A DNA stretch of 64,000 nt from Candidatus Hodarchaeota archaeon (GCA_048887225.1 JBHLJY010000003.1:174436-238435); one strand, 5' to 3'; counted from the first letter of the stretch, positions 41,180 through 52,333 are shown. Program-made: numbers and translations. Notes: a model not told the origin generated them from the sequence alone.

Positions 41180-42700
41180 TCATTTTTGATTTAGTATTGA
41201 ATGTCCTACCACACTCCACTGTGGCTTAATTCCTAACAAATCCAATAAAGTTGGAACTAAATCCGTAGTCTTGCAATAGTTAAGCAAGAAATTGGGAATA
41301 GTGGAGGATCCTCCAATAATCAACGGAACGGTCATGGATTTTTTAAGACCAATATCGTGGGAATAAACATGTGGATTTTTAGTTTTACCATGTTCGTATC
41401 CAAATCCATATTCGCCACATGTAGATATCATAATATCACAGGAGCGTGGATTTTTAAAATATCTTGGAATTTGGTCGATAAGAATTGGAAAATCAATGGA
41501 ATAGGTTGCTCCTAACCACTCATTGATATTATGAAATTTATTATCCAATAGTTTGGCTGCCTCTTCATGAAGCTCATACCCAAATAAATCTTTAATATCA
41601 AAATTATATTTTGTTTTTTGCTCTTTTCCATGTCCGCTATATTCTATTTGCCCTTTTAATTCTTTAGATTTTTGATCCCTTAGAACAAGATGAATAATCC
41701 CATGATCTGGTGTATTTTCATCATCACGATAATACATTAATTTTGTTCCAGGAATTTTCCATAAAACTTCAAATAAATTTAATTTTTTACTCCCCGTGCC
41801 ACTTGTTTGAAAACTTAGCATTTGCTTTACTGTTGGATGATGATGCCATGAGTCTCCTGGAAAATTAAAAAATCCAACTGATCCCATCTCGGCATCAAAA
41901 TCTCCAGTTTTCTTCTTAGGTAGATATGGAGTCAAGCCTATCTCGGAAAAGAAAGGTTCTAAATTATACATTTTTTCTGCTTTATAATTACCATGATCTG
42001 AAATAATACAAATTGCTGTATCTTCATAATAACCCTTGTCTTTAAGGGTTTTGATTAAAGAACCTAGATACATATCACAATCTAATAGTTCATGGATATA
42101 TTCTGGGTGATTAAATCCTTTTTCATGCATAATTTCATCTGTTTTAGGTATATAGATGACTGTAACCTTAGGAACCGCTTTATTTTGAAAATATTTTTCA
42201 GGAGTTATAAATGCTTTTTCAGCATTTCTGAAAATTCGCTCTGAAGTAAAATCTCTTGGAATTACAATTTTAGAACCTCTATATACAACATTTAACGAGC
42301 TTAGAAAATTACCTTGATCAGCTTGTTCAAATATCGTTTTAACATTATCACCTAAATGGTTATTCAGTTTTCTTAGATAACGCCCGCTACTATAGTTGCA
42401 GATAAATGGTACTCTTTCTCCCACTGAAGGAGGATCTGTTCTTGCTACCCAATGATAGGTAGGAATTCCAGATCCTTCTTTAGGGTAATATCCAGAATAT
42501 GCTCCTGTAATTATATTTGAATAGCAAGGAAAGGTAATACTTGGAAAACTTGTGATACAATCTCTACAAACAATTCCATTTTGAGCTATCTGAGCAATAT
42601 TTGGAAGCTTTCCTTCATCCATTAATCCAAAAAGATGTTCGGACCTTAAATCATCTATTAAAATTACTATAACTTGATTAATTCGAGCATTGCGACTCAA
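41180..42700 (-). CDS. Alkaline phosphatase superfamily (nucleotide pyrophosphatase-like)
   Basis: IDDLR, FPSITFP, SDHG, SHD. Confidence 0.85.
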   Translation of the reverse strand: MSRNARINQVIVILIDDLRSEHLFGLMDEGKLPNIAQIAQNGIVCRDCITSFPSITFPCYSNIITGAYSGYYPKEGSGIPTYHWVARTDPPSVGERVPFICNYSSGRYLRKLNNHLGDNVKTIFEQADQGNFLSSLNVVYRGSKIVIPRDFTSERIFRNAEKAFITPEKYFQNKAVPKVTVIYIPKTDEIMHEKGFNHPEYIHELLDCDMYLGSLIKTLKDKGYYEDTAICIISDHGNYKAEKMYNLEPFFSEIGLTPYLPKKKTGDFDAEMGSVGFFNFPGDSWHHHPTVKQMLSFQTSGTGSKKLNLFEVLWKIPGTKLMYYRDDENTPDHGIIHLVLRDQKSKELKGQIEYSGHGKEQKTKYNFDIKDLFGYELHEEAAKLLDNKFHNINEWLGATYSIDFPILIDQIPRYFKNPRSCDIMISTCGEYGFGYEHGKTKNPHVYSHDIGLKKSMTVPLIIGGSSTIPNFLLNYCKTTDLVPTLLDLLGIKPQWSVVGHSILNQK

Positions 42701-42857
42701 AAATAATTCAACTTATTTTCATTTCTTGCAATAATTTTAATAAAATAGAATAAGTAAAAAACTACAGCTTTCTTATTTTTGTTTTAATATGAAAATTTTA
42801 ATAAATAATAATTCTTAGAGAATTTTACAAATTATAATTAAAAGCTCATTTATTAAA

Positions 42858-43931
42858 ATGGAAACTTCTCATCAAATATTTTTAAAAAATTCTAATGATA
42901 TGTGCGAAGTCGTATCAGATACAGTAGATTTAATAATAACATCACCACCCTATCCCATGATAGAGATATGGGATTCATTATTTTCATCAATTAACGAAGA
43001 TATTAGAGAAGCACTTCAAGTTCAAGATAAAAATGGACAAAGAGCTTTTATATTAATGCACGATGAATTAAATAAAATATGGAAAGAATCAGTTCGAGTT
43101 TTAAAATCTGGAGGAATTATATGTATTAATATTGGAGATGCTACAAGAAAGATTAATAAATGCTTTCAATTGTTTCCAAATCATGTCAAAATCACTAATT
43201 TTTTTTTAAAAAATGGGTTTATTGCATTACCTTTCATTTTGTGGAGAAAACCAACTAATATTCCAACTAAATTCTTAGGATCAGGAATGTTGCCTCCCAA
43301 CGCCTATGTGACACTTGAACACGAATATATTTTAATTTTTAGAAAAGGAAATAATAAAAGAAAGATTCCCCCGAAAATGAAACAAAGATATTATAGTGCT
43401 TATTTTTGGGAAGAGAGAAATAGTTGGTTTTCGGATGTATGGACAGATATAAGAGGAACATCTCAAAAATTAACCTATAATAATGGCCAGCAAAATAAAT
43501 TAAGAGAAAGGTCAGCAGCTTTTCCATTAAAATTACCTTATAGGCTAATAAATATGTTTTCTATTTATGAGGACACAATTTTAGATCCATTTTTGGGAAC
43601 TGGAACAACATCTCTAGCAGCAATGGCTTCAGCAAGGTCCTCCATTGGATATGAAATTAATCCCGAATTTATGGAATTGTTTAAAAGAAATGTAAGGGCA
43701 ATAAAGGAATTAACTAGTTCCATCAATATTAGTAGGATAAGCCAACATATTGAATTTATTAAAAGATATAAAAAGGATAGAAAAAAAGTTTATTATAACT
43801 CTATTAATTATAGATTTCCCGTCATTACGCAACAAGAAAAAAACATATTACTCTATTCTATAAAGAATTACAAAGAAAAAGGGAATAGATTTATCGTTAA
43901 TCACGAAAAATTTGAATACAATCACAAATGA
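42858..43931 (+). CDS. DNA methyltransferase, beta class (probably N4-cytosine)
   Basis: TSPPY precedes DPFLGTGTT. Confidence 0.9.
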   Translation: METSHQIFLKNSNDMCEVVSDTVDLIITSPPYPMIEIWDSLFSSINEDIREALQVQDKNGQRAFILMHDELNKIWKESVRVLKSGGIICINIGDATRKINKCFQLFPNHVKITNFFLKNGFIALPFILWRKPTNIPTKFLGSGMLPPNAYVTLEHEYILIFRKGNNKRKIPPKMKQRYYSAYFWEERNSWFSDVWTDIRGTSQKLTYNNGQQNKLRERSAAFPLKLPYRLINMFSIYEDTILDPFLGTGTTSLAAMASARSSIGYEINPEFMELFKRNVRAIKELTSSINISRISQHIEFIKRYKKDRKKVYYNSINYRFPVITQQEKNILLYSIKNYKEKGNRFIVNHEKFEYNHK

Positions 43932-44057
43932 AAACGTTTTAAATCTTGTTTAATATCTTAAAAGAGATAATTTTTGAGAGAAATCCTACCTGCGCTTAGG
44001 TAATTCATCAAATAACTTTCCATGACCGGGTTTTTTATTTGAATCATTATTTTGGAT

Positions 44058-44927
44058 TTATTCATCACAATCTTGAGCTTGTTGGAGATTTATTTTTATG
44101 AATCCAGCTTCTTGAATATTTCGCTGCTCTGATTTCACCGACCTATTAACTTGATTTAAATATTTTATTGCATCTCTTTTACCATCTGTAATATTTCGAA
44201 TTAACTCGTCCTTGTTTAATCCACCGCTAATTGTCAGTGCTGTTTGGAATGATTGTTCTGGTTCTAAGGTTTTAAATTCTATTTGAAGAGCTGAGAGGAT
44301 TTCACCAGGCTCTTCTTGTAGTTTATTCGAGAGATTTAATTTATCATTATTAATTTTAAACTCTTTAGTTAAGATACTTTCATAGTAAGTTGGTTTAGAT
44401 ATTGTAGAAAATCCAGCATGAATCCCAGTATAATCGTATTGATAAATAATATCATGTTCTTCATCATATCCAGCAGTATCATTATCAAATCCAGAGAGTC
44501 CATTAATGTCGAAATCGAATACAAAATACATTGAAAAATCTATTAAATTAAAATTAGAGTTATTCTTTAACGTAAAGTATGTATTCATATATGGTGCTTG
44601 TCCTCGACGGAGAAAAATGTCAAGATATAGCCGTATTCGATTCTGCTCTTTTTTTAATGTGATTGGCTCCAATTTATTTTCTTCGATTGTTTTTTTTATA
44701 TATTCATTGATATCAAAATCTAAGGTAATTCTATCGATAGCAGTTCCTGTTCGGCTATTTACAAGCTGATAAATAGGGGTTGGCTCAATATTTTTTAATA
44801 TTACAGGTAAGGTTCCTATAGATTCTCCTTTCAATTTAAAGCTAAACCAAGGTCCAGAAAGCGTTGGTTCCGTGAGATATAATAAGTATTTTTGTTTAAA
44901 TGTGATTTGTTTTATTGAAAATCCCAT
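44058..44927 (-). CDS. Hypothetical protein; may extend to ATA 44987 through an in-frame TGA
   Basis: 289-aa ORF, beta-rich, FDFDING motif. Confidence 0.8.
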   Translation of the reverse strand: MGFSIKQITFKQKYLLYLTEPTLSGPWFSFKLKGESIGTLPVILKNIEPTPIYQLVNSRTGTAIDRITLDFDINEYIKKTIEENKLEPITLKKEQNRIRLYLDIFLRRGQAPYMNTYFTLKNNSNFNLIDFSMYFVFDFDINGLSGFDNDTAGYDEEHDIIYQYDYTGIHAGFSTISKPTYYESILTKEFKINNDKLNLSNKLQEEPGEILSALQIEFKTLEPEQSFQTALTISGGLNKDELIRNITDGKRDAIKYLNQVNRSVKSEQRNIQEAGFIKINLQQAQDCDE

Positions 44928-45084
44928 AAGGTAGCCAGCCGTGTTTCAAGTTGCAAAGATCTCATTAAATAATACCTTTAATACTATATTTCTCTTACCT
45001 CCTTTTATTTGAATTAATTTTAAATGATCTATTACTACTTAATTAAGAAAAAGTAATTTAATTAAATAAATTTAGTTAAAAAAA

Positions 45085-46053
45085 TTAAACCGTTTCTATA
45101 AATCTATGTGCAATATATAGAAAAGCATCGTTAACATTTTCACCAGTCTTGGCGGATGTAATTATATAACGATCTCTGTATTCATCAGCAACCTCTTTAA
45201 TATCAAATTCGCTCACAACAATATCATCAATTAAATCAGATTTATTACCAACAATAACAATAGGGATATTTGTAAGGATGGAAGATTTAATTTCATTATA
45301 CCAAAAATGAACACTTTCCTGATTATTTGGACGAGTTCTATCAACTACGATGATAGCAGCATTTGCTCCAGAATAGAATCGCTTTCTAAAAGGTATCATT
45401 TCCTGTTTTTGGCCACCAATATCCCAAATTATAAATTGAATTTTGGTTTCTGAACTAAGATCAATAGTTTTTTTAGAGATTTCCACTCCAATTGTTGAAA
45501 TATAATCTTCTTGAAACGAATTTTCGACGAATCTTTTAATTAAAGAAGTTTTACCGACTTGATAATCACCGATTAAAATTAATTTTGTAGAATACTCACC
45601 TTTAGGGAGTACTCCTCCCTTGGATTTGGAAAGGAGTCTAATAATTTCAGGTATCTCAAGCGTTACCTTTTCTGTACCAGAAATTAATAATTCTGCCTTT
45701 CCTGCTATATGTTCCGAATATACTCTCAATTCGAGGTCTGTCGTAGAAGGATCAGCTATAGTTGTAAGTATACTGTGAGGCCCTTGACTACAATATGCAA
45801 ATTTTTTATCTTCTGTTGAAGTGATATTTAAAAAATTACTTTCTGTTCCAAACTCCTGTTTAATTCTATCAATATAGTTATCAAGAACCGCCGAAATGAC
45901 ACCAATAATCGAATCACTATCAGATTCTTCCCTGCTTTCAGAGGCAATAATTAATCCATCTCTATCACAAACTGCAATTGCTTCCACGCCCTCAACATCA
46001 TTCATGTAATTTCTAAGTAATTTACGAAAATCGTCTCGAAGCGACAATTTCAA
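45085..46053 (-). CDS. Roadblock domain fused to a Rab-like small GTPase (paralog of 8362..9315)
   Basis: AVCDRDGLII; GDYQVGKTS, WDIGGQ, NKSD, TSAK. Confidence 0.9.
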   Translation of the reverse strand: MKLSLRDDFRKLLRNYMNDVEGVEAIAVCDRDGLIIASESREESDSDSIIGVISAVLDNYIDRIKQEFGTESNFLNITSTEDKKFAYCSQGPHSILTTIADPSTTDLELRVYSEHIAGKAELLISGTEKVTLEIPEIIRLLSKSKGGVLPKGEYSTKLILIGDYQVGKTSLIKRFVENSFQEDYISTIGVEISKKTIDLSSETKIQFIIWDIGGQKQEMIPFRKRFYSGANAAIIVVDRTRPNNQESVHFWYNEIKSSILTNIPIVIVGNKSDLIDDIVVSEFDIKEVADEYRDRYIITSAKTGENVNDAFLYIAHRFIETV

Positions 46054-46239
46054 AACTCAATGTTATTATCTTATTTAAAATAAAATTATCTTAACCTTTT
46101 TTAAATGTATTTATTTAAATATTTTAATTTTGTTAAATTTGTGTTCTAAATATTAATAGGAGATATTGTTAAGAGATATATAGTTAAAATATCACCATAC
46201 TATATCATTTTATATCTTTTTCTTTTTCGCATATCATAT

Positions 46240-46389
46240 ATGATAGAAAATGACTTAGAGAAAGAACTTAACTTAGAAAAAGTAATAAATCGCGCTATGA
46301 GTCTATTTAAGCAAACAGGTCTTGCTGAACTTGCTGAAAAATTTGATAAAATTCTTAAAAATTATAAGAGACAAAAAATGGTTAGATAA
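46240..46389 (+). CDS. Small helical protein (49 aa, MIENDLEKELNLEKVINRAMSLFKQTG...)
   Basis: ATG..TAA with protein-like amphipathic composition in an otherwise empty gap. Confidence 0.55.
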   Translation: MIENDLEKELNLEKVINRAMSLFKQTGLAELAEKFDKILKNYKRQKMVR

Positions 46390-46486
46390 TCTTTTTTAAT
46401 TCTTTTCCAAATTTCGGTGCTTTATATTGTAATTTAATCATATTTAAGAGAATTTAATTAAAAAAAACAGATATAATTTTAATTAT

Positions 46487-47707
46487 TTAATTGTTATTAG
46501 CAGATTTTTTTTTCTCTTTTGCAGCTTTCTTTTCTGCTTTCTTTTCAGCTTTTTCTCTTGCTTTTGTAATTTTTTCTACCTGTTTTTTGCTTGTTTTTGC
46601 TCTTTCTTTTCTCAGTTTAACTCTTTTTCTCTCCTTCTTCATAGATCCATATTTAGCGATTCCGTATATAGACATTACAATCATTAATGGAATAACGAGA
46701 TAAAATACCGCAACACTTTTCATTACTGTTAACTCACCAGGTGTGGCCATCAATATATAATCTGAATATTCAAATGCTGCCTTAGCAAATATTAACCAAA
46801 TTAAAACGGCATCCGCACTAAGAATTTTTAATTTCTTACCGAGAAGTTCAGCCTTTTTTCCTGCAAGTCCTCCAATAGTTATTAGTAAAATGAACATATC
46901 AAAAGCGAACATTAAGATTCTAGCGATTAATATGGGTAACGTTCTACCTGTTTTTATAGTAAATAACGCACTTATCATTAAATAAGTAATGTAGCCTCCA
47001 ATAAAAACGAAGAAAACACCAAGCCATGCATTAAATCTTCCTCCAATAATGACAATTGCAATGGCAACAAGCGTAAAAAAAAGAATCATACCAATTACAA
47101 TTATCGGCATCCAATATAGCATTAATGCTAATTCTAGTGTTTCAATTTTTGTTGGATCTACTGGGGCAATTCCAGCAATTATACTAGGGGTGTATAAGAT
47201 TAAAAAAATGCTTACGAGTATTCCAAAAATGAATAAACCCCAGCGTGTTAAAAATGCAACAAAAGTTGGCGCTTTATAAACTGTATCATCGAATTTAACT
47301 CCTTGTACAAAGCAATAATGCAACGAAAATAAAGCAGTAATAAAAATATAAGAAAATATTGAAATTACAAACATTAATGACGTAAAAAGATCTATCATGA
47401 TGAAAAATACAACATATCCAAGGAGTAAATAAATGAAAATTGCTGTTAAAAAGAATAAACTAACTTTTCCTATGTTTTTCCATGAAAGTTTTCTGACATC
47501 TCCTCGAAAAAATGCTGCGTAGATAAATAACACTAAGCAAACGACTAACAGGGGAAAAAAGATCAATTGAGCCAACCAAACAATCCTTATCTCTCGTAAT
47601 GATAATGCAAAATACAGAATTGTGTATGCAGTAAGCAGCCATAAAACTAAAATGCCAAATACAATATTTCTGCCTTTAAAAAGTCTTCCTAAATCCTTAA
47701 AACCCAT
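46487..47707 (-). CDS. Polytopic membrane protein with basic C-terminal tail
   Basis: About 10 hydrophobic helices. Confidence 0.8.
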   Translation of the reverse strand: MGFKDLGRLFKGRNIVFGILVLWLLTAYTILYFALSLREIRIVWLAQLIFFPLLVVCLVLFIYAAFFRGDVRKLSWKNIGKVSLFFLTAIFIYLLLGYVVFFIMIDLFTSLMFVISIFSYIFITALFSLHYCFVQGVKFDDTVYKAPTFVAFLTRWGLFIFGILVSIFLILYTPSIIAGIAPVDPTKIETLELALMLYWMPIIVIGMILFFTLVAIAIVIIGGRFNAWLGVFFVFIGGYITYLMISALFTIKTGRTLPILIARILMFAFDMFILLITIGGLAGKKAELLGKKLKILSADAVLIWLIFAKAAFEYSDYILMATPGELTVMKSVAVFYLVIPLMIVMSIYGIAKYGSMKKERKRVKLRKERAKTSKKQVEKITKAREKAEKKAEKKAAKEKKKSANNN

Positions 47708-47831
47708 TATCGATTCGACTCACTTGTAAAAGATATTTTAAAATTATTAAAACTTATAGAAGATTTAATCACAAAATTTTTAAAACTTTGGATTACAACA
47801 AATGATAAATTGAAAAATTTCCAATCTATTT

Positions 47832-48407
47832 TTAGAGCATACCCTTTGTGGAAGGAATTTCGCTAGAAACAATTTTTTTTGCTTTTTTTATTGCCCATGC
47901 TAGTGCTTTGAACGCCGATTCAACAATGTGATGTTGATCTTCTCCATAAAGAACATGTAAGTGTAGATTCATTTTAGTATTTTCTGAAAAGGAATTGAAA
48001 AAATGTCTAATATCTTCGACCGCAACATCCTCTATATTATAATCTTCTTTCAAATTGAGATTCAGGACTATTGATTTCCGACCACTAAAGTCTATTGCGC
48101 ATTGTGCTAAAGCTTCGTCCATTGGAATAAGCGCATAACCATAACGATTTATTCCTTTTTTATCTCCTAAGGCTTTTGAAAAGCATTCTCCCAAAGCTAT
48201 GCCAATATCCTCAATTATGTGATGTGTCAAATCACCTAATGCTTTAAGCTTTAGATCAATTCTAGAATGTCTTGTTAATAAAGTTAACATATGATCCATA
48301 AATTTAAACCCAGTATCAATTTCACATTTACCTGATCCGTCCAAATTTAACTCAATAGAAATATTTGTTTCAGCTGTTTTTCTAGTTATTTCTGCTTTTC
48401 TTTCCAA
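47832..48407 (-). CDS. hisB: Imidazoleglycerol-phosphate dehydratase
   Basis: DHML, HHIIEDIG, PMDEA, HHIVESAFKA, IPSTKG. Confidence 0.97.
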   Translation of the reverse strand: MERKAEITRKTAETNISIELNLDGSGKCEIDTGFKFMDHMLTLLTRHSRIDLKLKALGDLTHHIIEDIGIALGECFSKALGDKKGINRYGYALIPMDEALAQCAIDFSGRKSIVLNLNLKEDYNIEDVAVEDIRHFFNSFSENTKMNLHLHVLYGEDQHHIVESAFKALAWAIKKAKKIVSSEIPSTKGML

Positions 48408-48435
48408 GTTTAACTCATCTCATTATGAAAAAAAA

Positions 48436-50358
48436 TTACTTATTAAGATTAGAAATAAAATTAGAAATATATTCTTGATCTTTATTAGAAATCCTATATA
48501 AATTAAAAACTCGTGAATCAATTTCTTTCTGAATTTGTTCAATGGTGGCTAAATGTTCATTTTCAAAATTTAACATTTTTTCAACATATAATTTAATCTC
48601 AAGTGCTATGTTTCTTTCCTCATTAGTATTAGGTATTTTAATCGGTAGAGATTTTATTTTCTCTATTAGAATTCGCGAAAATAATTTTTTATAAGAACAA
48701 AAAGACTTAATGAAATAATATGATAAAAGTTTGGAATTAATAATACCAAGTAAATATAAATGATTAAATTCAGCTATTGGAGATTGCAAAATTTTCAAAT
48801 TGTAAAAAGATTGAGAGGTTAATGATAAGTCTTTGTCGTAAGTAGCACAAATTAAACTATTTTGACTTAATTGCCTTATGATAATTCGATCCTCGTAAAT
48901 ATCTAAATTTTTGTAATTAATTCCGTTTTTACTTATATCAATATACTTATTGTTTTTTATTTGATATCTATTAATTGCGTATAAAAACCTCTTGAAATCT
49001 TCATTTTTATTTTCGGGAATTTTTTGGTGAATAATTTTTTCTATATGCTCAGTTTTTAAGTGAGATTTACATTCAGAACAGATTAAAGCTTTTTTAGGAA
49101 CGGGAAAGTATGCTCCACATCTTTTGCAAAAAATTATCTCTCCGGTCTTTGCTAACTCAACACCCCTGCTTAGATTTATTTTGATTTCTTCATTTTTGTT
49201 TAAATTTTTCAATTTAGGAAACTTTTTGTTTAAATGCTCGATAATGGATATATCTGTCTCATTTAAATGTATTAAGAACTTAAAATCCCATTGCTTTAAT
49301 GTTTCCTGGGTAATTTGTATTTCTTGTTGATTTGATAATTTGATTTTAATAATATTTTCATCTCTTATACATGATTCGCTCTCTTTTTCTAAAATTAATA
49401 TGATGTTAGACACGATTGCATCATCGAATTTTGGACCAGTATGATAAATTTCTTTGATTTTGGTTGTATAATAAATGAATTTTCTAATAATTGAACGGTT
49501 TGTTAAAGCTAGAAGTGAGTCAGGTACAATATAACCGAATTTTCCTTGATTCTTTAATAATTTAATGCCAAGCTCAATAAAGATCTGATAATAATCATAT
49601 TGACCTTTGTTGGTTTCAAAATCACCTTTTTCTATTAACTCACGATGATTTGAAGGAATTTCCCTAATGAATAGATATGGAGGATTTCCGACTACAATAT
49701 CAAACTTATTGCGAAACTTCAGGTTTAACGCATTGATATTAAGAATATTAAATTTTGGTAATCTGTAATTATTATCATGTTTTTTTATTATTCTAAAAAT
49801 TTCAAATAAAATAAAATATATATTAATCTGACATAAGATACAAGCAACGGGATTAATATCGACGCCGTAAATATTTTCTTTAATCTTTTGGATGATATAT
49901 TTCGCATTTACAATCGTTAAATCATTAAATTCAGATATATTGAATAAATTTTTAAAAAAATACAACAACCTTTTTACTGCTTGGATAAGAAAACTGCCTG
50001 AACCGCAACTAATATCTATAAGTTTCTTGTCTTCTAAACTATTATTAGTATTATATTCAGTTGCGCTTAAAATGTAATCTACTATTGGTCTTGATGTATA
50101 AAATTCACCTAAAGGTTTTCTTTCTGAGTGATTTAGGATTTTTTCATAGATTTTTCTTAAAAATTCAAAACTCATATCATCAATATTTAAGATATGATTT
50201 AATGCGTTATTTTCATTGAGATTATTTACAATCCTTAACTTATCAAGTACTAAATTAAGTAGCTCTTTCTCTTTTTTATTAAAATTTTTCAATTTATAGA
50301 ATTCAATTAAAGAATTGATGATACCTTCTTCTTTTATATATTCAATAAATGTTTTCAT
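48436..50358 (-). CDS. N6-adenine DNA methyltransferase, gamma class (TaqI/Eco57I-like) with C-terminal specificity domain
   Basis: GEFYT, DISCGSGSF, VGNPPY, YLLGIINSKL. Confidence 0.9.
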   Translation of the reverse strand: MKTFIEYIKEEGIINSLIEFYKLKNFNKKEKELLNLVLDKLRIVNNLNENNALNHILNIDDMSFEFLRKIYEKILNHSERKPLGEFYTSRPIVDYILSATEYNTNNSLEDKKLIDISCGSGSFLIQAVKRLLYFFKNLFNISEFNDLTIVNAKYIIQKIKENIYGVDINPVACILCQINIYFILFEIFRIIKKHDNNYRLPKFNILNINALNLKFRNKFDIVVGNPPYLFIREIPSNHRELIEKGDFETNKGQYDYYQIFIELGIKLLKNQGKFGYIVPDSLLALTNRSIIRKFIYYTTKIKEIYHTGPKFDDAIVSNIILILEKESESCIRDENIIKIKLSNQQEIQITQETLKQWDFKFLIHLNETDISIIEHLNKKFPKLKNLNKNEEIKINLSRGVELAKTGEIIFCKRCGAYFPVPKKALICSECKSHLKTEHIEKIIHQKIPENKNEDFKRFLYAINRYQIKNNKYIDISKNGINYKNLDIYEDRIIIRQLSQNSLICATYDKDLSLTSQSFYNLKILQSPIAEFNHLYLLGIINSKLLSYYFIKSFCSYKKLFSRILIEKIKSLPIKIPNTNEERNIALEIKLYVEKMLNFENEHLATIEQIQKEIDSRVFNLYRISNKDQEYISNFISNLNK

Positions 50359-50497
50359 ATTATAATGCGAAATAATGCAATAATTTAAACAAAATAATTT
50401 TTCATATAAAGTAATGATTCAAATTTTATCTTTTTTCATATTCTCTTATTAATAGCGATACTAAATCTTTTTATTTAATTAAAAAAACATAAAGAAT

Positions 50498-51004
50498 ATG
50501 GAAATTACAGAAAGAGGACTTTACGAATTTAAAAATCGCAAATTTCCTAAGAAAATTTGTTTCAAACCAATAGGAATAATGCATTCACCATTCAAATCCT
50601 TAAAAGGTATTCCAATCCAATCATCAATGTCAAAATCAAAAGGAGTAATTGAAATTTATTCAGAATATCAATCAGCCTTAAAAGATCTTGATGGATTTTC
50701 ATATATGTATTGTTTATATTTTCTTGATATGGTGAAGCAACCTGTTCCACTTCAATCTAAACCCTTTTTGGATAATGAACTGCGGGGTGTTTTTGCGACG
50801 AGAACGCCATTTCGTCCAAATCCAATTGGATTATCAATTTTAGAAATCTTAAGCATTACTCAAAATAAAATTGATGTGAATAATGTTGATATCTTGAATA
50901 AAACTCCAATATTGGACATTAAACCTTATGTTCCCCAGTTTGATTCAAGAAATACTCATAAAATTGGATGGCTTCAAGGCAAAATTAAGAAAAAGATAAG
51001 TTGA
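50498..51004 (+). CDS. tsaA: tRNA (t6A37) N6-methyltransferase TrmO/TsaA-like
   Basis: GVFATRTPFRPNPIGLS, TPILDIKPY. Confidence 0.9.
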   Translation: MEITERGLYEFKNRKFPKKICFKPIGIMHSPFKSLKGIPIQSSMSKSKGVIEIYSEYQSALKDLDGFSYMYCLYFLDMVKQPVPLQSKPFLDNELRGVFATRTPFRPNPIGLSILEILSITQNKIDVNNVDILNKTPILDIKPYVPQFDSRNTHKIGWLQGKIKKKIS

Positions 51005-51055
51005 TTCTTTTTTTCTTAAAAAAAAAGATTTATATATTAATAAGATATATGAATA

Positions 51056-52210
51056 TTGGTTAAGAATTGGAAATTCAGCGTAATATATAATTTAGTATTT
51101 GATATGATTATTACTATAATTCTTCTTATTATCTCAATAACGATTTCTATTATTGGAATTATTTATAGTTTTACTCATCGTGAGATTTATGGAAGTAAAA
51201 GTAGTGTCTATTTAAATATTTCATTACTTATTTTCTTTGGAATCTTTATTTTTACTCTTTTTGCTTCATCTTCTAATATTTATTTTAATAAAGAGATTGC
51301 ATTAATCATATGGAAGTTGTCATTAATAACTTGGTTAATTTCAGTAGCATTGTTGAGTATGACTCAAGCATTTGAAATAGAACATAAAAAAATGGTAGTT
51401 TCTTCTACTTTTCTTTATTCATTTTTAGGAGGGATTAGTGTTAGTTTATTATATTTTCCAGACTCAATTAAGATAATTCAAGAAGAAACTAATTACCGTT
51501 TTATTTTTCAAAATTTTTATATATTAATGTTTATCCTAATATACAATAGTATTGCAATTATTTCAATGCCCTATCGTTATATTCGAAATTTTTCTAATTT
51601 TCGCGATAAAAAATCAAGTATTGTATTAATGATACTAAGCTTTCAATTTTCTTCTTCAATTCTTTTATTCTCAATATATCTTATTACTCAAAATATTTTT
51701 ATTAAGAATCTTTACTTATTTTTTTATTTAATTAGTGTGGTTATAGCGTACTATATAATAGCAAAAAGACCTTCTCTATTTTTTGACCTTACTAATAGGA
51801 TCTATAATTTCATAATTTTCCATAAAAGCGGGCTACTTTTATATTCATATAATTTTGAAACAGGCAAAGAGAGTGTAGATTCCCTCTTAAAGGGACCTAT
51901 ATTAATTGGAATTTCACATATACTTTCAAACTTCGCCGATAAAAAAGAACAATTACATCTTCTTAAAATGGAGGAATTAGAAATAATTTTTGAATACGAT
52001 AATAAATTTGGTTATGCTGTTTTGTTACTAACAAATCGCAGAAATTCTATTATTGAAAAAGGAGTCCGGCGATTTATGGCAAGATTTTCTGAGCTAAATA
52101 GAGAGAATTTAATTGAGATTAGTAATTCCAGCAAATTAATTGATATCTCAAAATTTAAAAATGCAAAGGAAATTATTGTTGAAAAATTTAGTCCTTATCT
52201 TATAAGGTAA
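51056..52210 (+). CDS. 7TM membrane protein with C-terminal longin-like domain
   Basis: About 7 TM helices followed by IIFHKSGLLLYSYNF...F..RF. Confidence 0.7.
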   Translation: MVKNWKFSVIYNLVFDMIITIILLIISITISIIGIIYSFTHREIYGSKSSVYLNISLLIFFGIFIFTLFASSSNIYFNKEIALIIWKLSLITWLISVALLSMTQAFEIEHKKMVVSSTFLYSFLGGISVSLLYFPDSIKIIQEETNYRFIFQNFYILMFILIYNSIAIISMPYRYIRNFSNFRDKKSSIVLMILSFQFSSSILLFSIYLITQNIFIKNLYLFFYLISVVIAYYIIAKRPSLFFDLTNRIYNFIIFHKSGLLLYSYNFETGKESVDSLLKGPILIGISHILSNFADKKEQLHLLKMEELEIIFEYDNKFGYAVLLLTNRRNSIIEKGVRRFMARFSELNRENLIEISNSSKLIDISKFKNAKEIIVEKFSPYLIR

Positions 52211-52333
52211 ATTGAATGAAATTCTGACTTTAACAAAACAGTCTATTTTTAGTTTTTTAGATTATTATTTGTAGGAAAGTCGTCATTCCGATAAAAATTT
52301 AAATAAGTATATGTATAATAGTTTTGTTAAGCA

